64,000 nucleotides of DNA from Octopus sinensis. Lineage: Eukaryota. Under the pieces are notes generated by a model, which saw nothing but the letters and a program-made list of their open reading frames with translations, was not told where the DNA came from and searched no databases. Position numbers and translations under genes: made by a program. The DNA is taken from positions 15,438,001 to 15,502,000 of the forward strand of contig NC_043006.1 of assembly GCF_006345805.1 (NCBI RefSeq), in the 5' to 3' direction. Positions 54,398 through 64,000 of the stretch are shown in pieces (position 1 is the first letter of the stretch; the number at the start of each line of letters is the position of its first letter).

Positions 54398-54692
54398 ATG
54401 GGTGAATTGCACAACCAGGGAACGCACACACACACGTGTGCGTTTTTTGATTGTGCAATTCGCCCATATGCATGTATGCGGGCGCGATTACATTGTTGCA
54501 TATATCGAGCCCAAATAGCATGCATATGTACATGTGAGGGGTACACGCAAATGACGTGCGCATGTACCCCCTGCATTTATACCCGTGCGTAATATACACA
54601 TGGAGACTACCACACAGGTACAAATGTGTATAGTAATGGGAGCCCCATCACTACACTCAATGTATACTCTCACCCATCCGCACGGATGTGTA
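54398..54692 (+). other. Cluster of adjacent predicted RNA hairpins
   Basis: H1 54398-54467 (~31 bp including G.U), H2 54468-54525, H3 54532-54576, multibranch H4 54578-54692. Confidence 0.65.
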
Positions 54693-54785
54693 AGTGTATC
54701 TCCGGTGTATATGTTGAGGCTTATAAGTAGCGTTGTGGAGGCGAATGTCGTTGAAATTGTAATGAATGGGTGGAGTTGGGAATTG

Positions 54786-55408
54786 TAACCGGGTGGTGGA
54801 CTAGCGTTGCTTGGAATTGGGAATTGATTAGTGTGGTAGTGAGGTAGGAATCGGGAATAGGTTTGGGTTGCTGTAGGTTGTTTGTTAGAGCTGCTAGGGT
54901 GAGCTAAAGCTCATAAATGTATATAATGATTTTTCATGGTAGTTTGTTAAAGAATCCATTCATTATAAATTTTTTTACGTAATGTTGGTTTGCTACGTGG
55001 ATATAGTTTTTAGTTCCATTTATTCTATTTCTCCATTCATAATTTAAATGACGTTTAATTTCTATGGCGCGTATTCTCTCTTTTTTTACATAAGTTATTT
55101 TATGGTAACGTAATTTTGGTTTGGTTTTTTTAATGGCTAAGAATTTAATTTCACTTCATTATTTGAAATTGACTTATAGTATGTATTTTATTTATCCTTA
55201 TGTCATATTGTTATTTTGATATTCTGGTTAATTACGATGTATTTAATGTTGTTTTCATAGGAGTGTTTATGTATATGAGATTGTGTGTGAGTTTTTAGTT
55301 GTATATTTTATTTAATCTGTATGAGTGTGGGTGTGTAAATATTGTTGTATATATCGAGTTTAGTGAGTATATGTGAGGGAGTATATGTATCTGTTGTGTG
55401 TGTGTGTG

Positions 55409-55450
<42 letters not shown>

Positions 55451-58400
55451 GGTTTGTGTGTGAATGTGTATATGGGTTTGTTATTTAGGTTTTGGGATGT
55501 TTGTGTTAATTTGTCTGTGTGGGGAGGGAGTGGGTTTTGGTGTATATTGAGGTTTATAAATTAGGATAGGTATGTGTATAAGTCGTGGGTCTGTGGTTTA
55601 CGAGTGTGTTTTTGTGTGTGAATGTTTAGGTTTAGGGGGATTACTATATAGGTTTGTTATAGAGTTTAGCAAAGGGAGATTTTATAGTTATATGTTTTTA
55701 TGAGTTTTGGTTTATCATGGTTATTTTAGGGAATTCGTGGTAATTTGTCTATTTTCGATGTTGGTTGTTTTATTACATTGTTTCATTCATAATTTTTGAG
55801 TGGTGTTCGTTTTGCCACGTGAATAACCGGGTGGTGGACTAGCGTTGCTTGGAATTGTGAATGGAATAGTGTAGTAGTGAGGTAGGCATAGAGAATGGGT
55901 TTGGGTTACTGCAAGTTGTTTGTTAGAGCTGCTAAGGTGAGCTAAAGCTCATAGATGTATATAATGATTTTTCATGGTAGTTTTTTAAAGAATCCATTCA
56001 TAATAAATTTTTTTAAGTAGTGTTGGTTTGCCACGTGGATATAGTTTTTAGTTCCATTTTTCTATTTCTCCATTCATAATTTAAATGACGTTTACTTTCC
56101 ATGACGCGTATTCTTTTTTTTTACATAAGTTATTTCTATGGTAACGTAATTTTGGTTTGATTTTTTTAACGGCTAAGAATTTAATTTCACTTCATAATTT
56201 GACACTGAATTGTAAGTATGTATTTTATTTATCCTTATGTCATATTGTTATTTTTGATATTCTGGTTAATTACGATGTATTTAATGTTGTTTTCATAGGT
56301 GTGTTTATGTATATGATTTGTGTGCGAGTTTTTAGTTGTATAATTTATTATCTGTATGAGTGTGGGTGTGTAAATATTGTTGTATATATCGAGTTTGTTT
56401 AGTGAGTATGTATATGCGTATATGTGAGGGAGTATATGTATCTGTTGTGTGTGTGTGTTTTGCGTGTGTTGTGTGTTGTTGTGTGTGAATGTGTATATAG
56501 GTTTGTTATTAGGTTTTGGGATGTATGTGTTAATTTGTCTGTGTGGGAGGGTGGGGTTTTGGTGTATATTGAGGTTTATAAGTTAGTATAGGTATGTGTA
56601 TAAGTCGTGGGTCTGTGGTTTACGAGTGTGTATTTGTGTGTGAATGTTTAGGTTAGGGAGATTGCTATATAGGTTGTTATAGAGTTTAGCAAAGGGAGAT
56701 TATCGTTATATGTTTTTAGGAGTTTTGGTTTATCATGGTTTTGTTAGGGAATTCGTGGTAATTTGTCTATTTTCGATGTTGGTTTGTTTATTACATTGTT
56801 TCATTCATAATTTTTTGAGTGGTGTTCGTTTTGCACGTGAATAACCGGGAGGTGGACTAGTGTGTTTGGGAATTGTGAATGGAATAGTGTAGTAGTGAGG
56901 TAGGCATAGAGAATGGGATTGGGTTACTGCAAGTTGTTTGTTAGTCTTTTTTTACATAAGTTATTTCTATGGTAACGTAATTTTGGTTGATTTTTTTAAC
57001 GCTAAGAATTTAATTTCACTTCATAATTTGACACTGAATTGTAAGTATGTATTTTATTTATCCTTATGTCATATTGTTATTTTTGATATTCTGGTTAATT
57101 ACGATGTATTTAATGTTGTTTTCATAGGTGTGTTTATGTATATGAGTTTGTGTGCGAGTTTTTAGTTGTATAATTTATTTATCTGTATGAGTGTGGGTGT
57201 GTAAATATTGTTGTATATATCGAGTTTAGTGAGTATGTATATGCGTATATGTGAGGGAGTATATGTATCTGTTGTGTGTGTGTGTTTTGCGTGTGTGTGT
57301 GTTTGTGTGTGAATGTGTATATAGGTTTGTTATTTAGGTTTTGGGATGTATGTGTTAATTTGTCTGTGTGGGAGGGAGTGGGTTTTGGTTGTATATTGAG
57401 GTTTATAAGTTAGTATAGGTATGTGTATAAGTCGTGGGTCTGTGGTTTACGAGTGTGTATTTGTGTGTGAATGTTTAGGTTAGGGAGATTGCTATATAGG
57501 TTTGTTATAGAGTTTAGCAAAGGGAGATTTTATCGTTATATGTTTTTAGGAGTTTTGGTTTATCATGGTTTTGTTAGGGAATTCGTGGTAATTTGTCTAT
57601 TTTCGATGTTGGTTGTTTTATTACATTGTTTCATTCATAATTTTTGAGTGGTGTTCGTTTTGCCACGTGAATAACCGGGAGGTGGACTAGTGTTGTTTGG
57701 AATGTGAATGGAATAGTGTAGTAGTGAGGTAGGCATAGAGAATGGGATGGGTTACTGCAAGTTGTTTGTTAGTCTTTTTTTACATAAGTTATTTCTATGG
57801 TAACGTAATTTTGGTTTGATTTTTTAACGGCTAAGAATTTAATTTCACTTCATAATTTGACACTGAATTGTAAGTATGTATTTTATTTACCTTTATGTCA
57901 TATTGTATTTTTGATATTCTGGTTAATTAAGATGTATTTAATGTTGTTTTCATAGGAGTGTTTATGTATATGAGATTGTGTGCAAGTTTTTAGTTTATAA
58001 TTTATTTATTATATGTATGAGTGTGGGTGTTGTAAATATTGTTGTATATATTGAGTTTAGTGAGTATGTATATGCGTATATGTGAGGGAGTATATGTATC
58101 TTTGTGTGTGTGTGTTTTGCGTGTGTGTGTTGTTGTGTGTGAATGTGTATATGGGTTTGTTATTTAGGTTTTGGGATGTATGAGTTAATTTGTCTGTGTG
58201 AGAGGGAGTGGGTTTTGGTGTATATGGAGGTTTATAAGTTAGTTTAGGTATGTGTATAAGTCGTGGGTCTGTGGTTTACGTGTGTGTTTGTGTGTGAATG
58301 TTTAGGTTAGGGGGATTACTATATAGGTTTGTTATAGAGTTTAGCATAGGGAGATTTTATCGTTATATGTTTTTTAAGAGTTTTGGTTTATCATGTTTTT

Positions 58401-58517
58401 TTTTTTTTTTTTTTTTTTTTTAGGGAATTCGTAGTATTTTGTCTTTTTTCGATGTTGGTTGTTTTATTATATTGTTTCATTCATAATTTTTGAGTGGTGT
58501 TCGTTTTGCCACGTGAA
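54786..58517. repeat. Four tandem GT-rich units (~1038, ~1018, ~830, ~846 bp); diverged related sequence continues to ~59300
   Basis: TAACCGGG(T/A)GGTGGACTAG at 54786, 55824, 56842 and 57672; units 3-4 share a ~190-bp deletion. Confidence 0.92.
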
Positions 58518-59749
58518 TTTTATTTTTAATTCCATTTATTCCATTTCTCCATTCATTAATTTAGAGATGTTCGTTTCCAGAGCGGTTATACTTTTTATAT
58601 ATATGTTAAGTTCCTTGGTTAAGTAATTTTGTTTGGTGTATATGTTGAGGCTTATATGTACTTGTGGGTGTGTGTGAGTGGGGTGGGAGTTTGTATTTGT
58701 TATGGGTGTGTGTTTTACGAGTGGTTTTGTGTGTGAATGTATAGGTTAAAGGAATTGCTATATAAGTATGTTTTAGTGTTTAGTAAAGGGAGGTTTTATC
58801 ATTTCAGTTTTGTGAGTTTTAGCTTATCATGGTAGTTTTATAAAAGAATCCATTATAATTTTTTTAATTTTTTTGTTTTTATTTGTCTGTGTGGGGTTGA
58901 GTGGGTTTTTGGAGTATATGTTGAGGTTTATATGTATGTATTGGTATGTGTAAGTGGTGTGGGTATTTGTATATGTCGTGGGTGTGTGGTTTACGTGTGT
59001 GTATTTGTGTGTGTATGTTTAGGTTAGGGGGATTGCTATATAGGTTTGTTATAGAGTTTAGTAAAGGGAGATTTTATCATTATATGTTTTTATGAGTTTT
59101 GGTTATCATGGTAGGTTTGATAAGGAATTTGTAGTAATTTGTGTCTATTTGCGATGTCTGTTGTTTTATTGCATTGTTTCATTAATAATTTTTAAGTAGT
59201 GTTCGTTTTACCAAGTGAATATAATTTTTAATTCCATTTATTCTATTTCTCCGTTCATAGTTTTGAGTGATGTCCATTTTCTAGAGCGTGAATGTGGGTT
59301 GGTTGTGTGTGTGTGGGAGTATGAATAAGTATTGTGTTGAAGTATTTAGCTATTTTATTTATTTATAGTTGCCTAGACATTTTTATGTGTATGTATAGGG
59401 ATATATATATAGGTGTGTGATTAGTGTATGTAGTTAGATATGGTTATTATAATTAGGTATATGCGTATGGGTGTATATATAGTTTAATATTATATTATTA
59501 TTATTTTATTTATTTATTTTTTTTTTGTTTTGTTTTTTATATTTTATATTTTATATTTTATATTTTATATTTTATATTTTATATTTAATTGTTGATAGGT
59601 TTTTTAGTTTATATATTGTTTATATATTGATTATATATGGATTATAGATAGGTTATATATGGATTATATACTTATATTTTTTCATTCATACTTTAATTAT
59701 TTTAAAATTATTATTTTATTTTTAAATATTGATTTTTTAGATTGGAAGT

Positions 59750-59792
59750 CCACCTGAAGATTGTCGATCAAGACAAGAAACGATTGTAGTGG
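59750..59792 (+). ncRNA. Minimal type I hammerhead ribozyme motif
   Basis: CCAC-CUGAAGA-UUGUC(gaucaa)GACAA-GAAA-C(GAUU)G-UA-GUGG; all three stems pair; predicted cleavage after A59788. Confidence 0.78.
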
Positions 59793-59920
59793 CGGTTTTT
59801 TTGACTATTTATTAAAATTTATGTATTGATTAAGTCTTTCCTTGTTTGTTTTGCAAAATAGTGGTTTTGTCTCGAATAATATTTTATATATATATATATA
59901 TACATATATATATGTATGTA

Positions 59921-60530
59921 TTGGGTTATCCCATAAATAATGCGGTTTTTTAAATTGCATGAACTAAATGTCGGAGGGGGAAGGGATAAACTACCTGCAT
60001 CAACTTGCTATAAAAGCAGGTAGTAATTTTACCTTGTACTTATTCTTAGTTCAAATTTTGAGGAGTGCAGTTCGAATTCAACAGTTATTTTTTCAAAGTT
60101 ACAATGGAAGTGACGAAGGAACATATTCCGCATACTTTGTTTTATGAGATTAATAAAGGCAACAACAAAACGGAAATTGTGAGCAATATTAATGCAGTAT
60201 ACAAGGAGCGGACCATAAGAGTAAGTAAGTATCAACAGTGGTTCCAGAAATTCCGAGCCGGAAACTACAGCCTAGAAGACGAGCCTCATCCTGGAAGATC
60301 TGTAGAGCTCGACGAGGACGTCCTGCAAACTCTGGTAGAACAAAACCCCATCGTAGGAACTAGCAGAGGAGCTTGCATTTGTTCATTCCACCATTCATTG
60401 ACACCTGCACTAGAGGAAAAACAACCATCTTTGGTTTCAAAACGAAAGATGTTCTTCGAGGAGGATAATGCTCGGCCACATACAGTACGGTGGATATTCC
60501 AAAGGCTAGAGCAGTTTGAATATGTATATT
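59921..60530 (+). mobile_element. Mariner remnant (left TIR and decayed, internally deleted transposase)
   Basis: TA then TTGGGTTATCCCATAAATAATGCGG; ORF with WFQKFRAGNYSLEDEPHPGRS and DNARPH; right TIR not seen. Confidence 0.85.
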
Positions 60531-60545
60531 GAGAATGGAGGATTT

Positions 60546-60931
60546 TGGAAGCACTCCGTCGGTTCCGACGACGAGGGTTCCGGTTGATCCGAATCAACGG
60601 AACAGCCTGCTCGTGAAATTAACGTGTAAGTGGCTGAGCACTCCACAGACACGTGTACCCTTAACGTAGTTCTCGGGGATATTCAGCGTGACACAGAGAG
60701 TGACAAGGTCGGCCCTTTGAAATACAGGTACAACAGAAACAGAAAGTAAGAGTGAGAGAAAGTTGTGGTGAAAGAGTACAACAGGGATCACCACCATCCC
60801 ATGCCGGAGCCTCGTGGAACTTTTAGGTGTTTTCGCTCAATAAACACTCACAACGCCCGGTCTGGGAATCGAAACCGCCATCCTATGACCGCGAGTCCGC
60901 TGCCCTAACCACTGGACCATTGCGCCTCCAC
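60546..60931 (-). mobile_element. SINE family B, tail variant 1
   Basis: Reverse complement of 18268-18653. Confidence 0.92.
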
Positions 60932-61003
60932 ACATTGAGAATATGTACATTATGAATATGTACATTAAGAAAAACTGACCTAAGCCACCATGATGCAATT
61001 ATA

Positions 61004-61517
61004 TCTATATATATAAAACTGTAGTTTTTGTGAGTGTCTGTCCCCTTCGATTTAGATTCCTAACTACTCCCACATTTTGCGGTGCAGTTTAACCAAATTC
61101 GGGTATCTTATAGTCGTGATTCATATCGAGCCCGTCTGAGTATTAGCGCGCGTCTACGATGAGTCTACGATTTTAAAAATAATTTAACATCATTTTTTAT
61201 TCCATTTTAATGCATAATTTTTCGTGTGTCGATGGCGGCGGAGTTGGCGTCCATGGTCACACCTGCACCTGTTTGCTTCTCCCCCTTCTTCCCTCCCTCG
61301 TGAAGCTGTGAGGAAGGGAGTGTAAGGAAATCAACGTCGTAAAGCCTTGTCAAGGAGACCAGCGTTCTTTTAGAACAACGACTTCATGGCTTGAAGACAC
61401 CAAAACAGAAATGGCTAAGAAAGCCCGAATTGGCATCTATAAGGGAAGTAACTCTCTAAAAATGCTTATATAGTTATTTCCCTTACAAACCCGAGCAACG
61501 CCGGGGGATACTGCTAG
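61004..61517 (+). mobile_element. Non-autonomous Helitron
   Basis: A|TCTATATATATAAAA 5' end, subterminal hairpin CCCGAGCAACGCCGGG, CTAG|T 3' end, no TSD. Confidence 0.82.
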
Positions 61518-61739
61518 TTTATGCTAAAGGAACAGATGACTCCTCTATAAATATATAATGGAATCTATCGTAGTTAGCCGACGTATGAGAGTTCGGCAAT
61601 TTCTTGTCGAACAACCACGTAGATGAATTATTTATAGTGATCAAATGTTTGTGTACACATAAGCTCACTCCCTCCATCAGATCGACATTACTGTACAGGT
61701 GTACCATGTGCCACATGTCAAATGACGAAAGGATTGCAG

Positions 61740-61856
61740 AGCAACATGAAATGAAGTGCTTTGCTCAAGAATATAACGCAACGCACGGTCTAGGAATCGA
61801 ACCCACGATCTTGCAATCGTGGGTGCAACACGTTAACCACTAAGCCATGCATCTTC

Positions 61857-61858
<2 letters not shown>
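61740..61858 (-). mobile_element. Degenerate family D/F-like SINE head
   Basis: GAGCAACATGAAATGAAGTGCTTTGCTCAAG...GGAATCGAACCC...TAACCACTAAGCCATGC. Confidence 0.7.
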
Positions 61859-61891
<33 letters not shown>

Positions 61892-61893
61892 TT

Positions 61894-62095
61894 GCCGCAG
61901 GCGTGGCTGTGTGGTAAAAAGCTTGCTTGCCACCGACATGGTTCTGGATTCAGTCCTACTGCGTGGCACCTCGGTTAAATGTCTTCAACTATATCTTCGA
62001 GCTGATCAAAGCCGTGTGAATGGATTTGATCGACGGAAACTGAAAGAAACCCGTCGTATATATGCATATATATGTCTGTGCTTGTCGCCCTTACC

Positions 62096-62144
<49 letters not shown>

Positions 62145-62340
62145 GCTTGACAACCGATATTAGAGCGTTTACGTCCCCGTAACTTAGCGGTTCGGCGGAT
62201 GGGTTGGATACAATAAGTACCAGGTTTTAAAAAGATAAGTACTGGTGGTTGATTCATTCGAGTAATATCTTTTGAAGGCGGTGCCCCAGTATGGTCGCAG
62301 CCTTTTGACTGAAACAAATAATAGATAAAAAGATAAAATA
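61894..62340 (+). mobile_element. Degenerate SINE family A with internal (CTA)n
   Basis: Head, GACGGAAACTGAAAGAA and TTTACGTCCCCGTAACTTAGCGGTTCGG all present. Confidence 0.8.
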
Positions 62341-62616
62341 TGTATATAGTAACACGTGTGTGACCTACACTATGGAAATGGCATTAAAATACTTGTAGAA
62401 ATGCTGAAAAATGGTAGCAACAATTTGACAAGAATTAGCATATATTACAATTGGTATTTATATTGTTTTTAGCTCATTTCAAGTAAGTCTTATCTAAGAA
62501 TATATATATTTAGAGGTTCTAAATATTTTTTCTAGATGATTAAAGCACAAAATTAGAGTTTTCATTATACACAAGAAATAGCTTGAAGCATAAGTAGTTT
62601 CAGAATTATGATTTTG

Positions 62617-62617
<1 letters not shown>

Positions 62618-62653
<36 letters not shown>

Positions 62654-62753
62654 TATAAATATATGCCAATACATGCATGCATATATACATACATACATAT
62701 AAACACATATACGTATATATATATATATATAATATATATATTATGTATGTATG

Positions 62754-62822
<69 letters not shown>

Positions 62823-62911
62823 ATATATATGTATATATATGTATATATGTATATATATATATCTTTACATATATATATATGTATATATATGTATATATAT
62901 ATATATATATG

Positions 62912-63005
<94 letters not shown>

Positions 63006-63010
63006 GTACG
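62618..63010. repeat. (CA)n/(TA)n microsatellite
   Basis: Direct reading. Confidence 0.95.
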
Positions 63011-63064
63011 CGCATATTTTGGCAACTGATGAACGCGTGCACTTTATAAAAGAGGTACTATTTT

Positions 63065-63345
63065 TCCTGTGAAACCAAAACGATGAAAGGCAAAATCGAC
63101 CTCGGTGGAATTTGAATTTAGAACGTAAAGACGGGTGAAATGTCGCTAAGCTCTTTATCCAACGTGGTAACGATTCTGCCAGTTTGCCACCCTATTTACA
63201 TATATTGGTTTCGAATCTTTGACACGACGCCAACAAGATTGTGGGAGGGATTAAGTCGATTACATAGACACACCAGTGTTCAACTAGTACATATTTTATT
63301 GCCCCGAACGGATAAAAGGCAAAGTCGACCTGGGCGGAAATTTAT
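63065..63345 (-). mobile_element. Two partial degenerate family C SINEs
   Basis: AAAGGCAAA(A/G)TCGACCT occurs twice with flanking family motifs. Confidence 0.7.
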
Positions 63346-63749
63346 TGACATATATTAACACCATTTAACATTTCCAATTTCTCAATATGGTAAACTGATA
63401 TGTATCAGGAGAACAAGATAAGCTAAACATATTACTATTTACTCTGTTTTATATTATCCTCCGTGGTTACCATCTTGGCATGCACAAGCTTGTTGCTGGG
63501 TTTCTTGTACATATGACAACACGGCTCTATGTCTTCCAGTTTCTCAGTAATACGCATAAGTCAACTGTACTTTTAAGTGTTGTGCTTACAGCAACATTTG
63601 CCAAGCAGGTGACTTCCATTTTGGTAAAACTGTAAGGCTTTGCAAGTTCAATGCCAGGAAATGTTTCCGTCTGCAGCAAAGTGAAATGGTCAGTAGTATG
63701 ATAAGAATGTAATTCTGAGCCAATGAAAATTTCAAATTTAAAGCCTAGG

Positions 63750-64000
63750 TCTTGTTTTTTTCTGTTTTTTTTTTCTGCCTTTAACCCTCCAACACGGAGT
63801 ATACGTCACTTATAATTGACTTCCATGTCGCATAATCTTTCGCTTCTGTACTTATACTCTGCCTTGAATGTCCCCCTTTCTCATATCCCTTTTGTGTTGA
63901 TCTCCGCCACAAGTTCTTAGGCCTACCTCTCTTTCTATATCCATCCGGTTTCCACTGTAAAGCCCTTTTTGCTACATTTGGTGTTTCTTTTCTAATTGTG
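63750..64000 (-). pseudogene. 3' end of an RTE-like LINE; continues beyond window end
   Basis: Open frame TIRKETPNVAKRALQWKPDGYRKRGRPKNLWRRS...ATWKSII...EG* with stop at 63781-63783. Confidence 0.85.

Noticed and set aside
54900-55320. Minus-strand protein-like text (RIRAIEIKRHLNYEWRNRINGTKNYIHVANQHY) in the tandem units
   Set aside because: Surrounded by stops and frameshifts with no recognisable RT or GIY-YIG motif; a profile search would be needed

Overview
AT-rich, microsatellite-saturated eukaryotic DNA. The tRNA-derived SINE families, (TAA)n-targeted R4/Dong-like LINEs and dense TA/CATA/GATA arrays suggest an octopus genome (inference). I find no credible host protein-coding exon; nearly all listed ORFs are translations of simple repeats or SINEs. 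The recognisable content is about 30 SINE copies from at least 5 families, decayed LINE fragments (R4/Dong-like, L1/Tx1-like, CR1/Jockey-like, RTE-like), two mariner remnants, two MITEs with 8-bp TSDs and a non-autonomous Helitron. The most interesting signals are non-coding. Two minimal type I hammerhead-ribozyme motifs are present: one in a ~293-bp tandem unit (47.4-47.9 kb, retrozyme/Penelope-like) and one ending a 5.6-kb TA-flanked block (54.3-59.9 kb) that also carries a hairpin cluster and ~0.83-1.04-kb GT-rich tandem units. Also notable are a triplicated ~140-bp palindrome, two local templated insertions, and a SINE family whose 3' tail matches the 3' end of a Tx1-like LINE in the same window. 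All coordinates were read by eye and may be off by a few bases.
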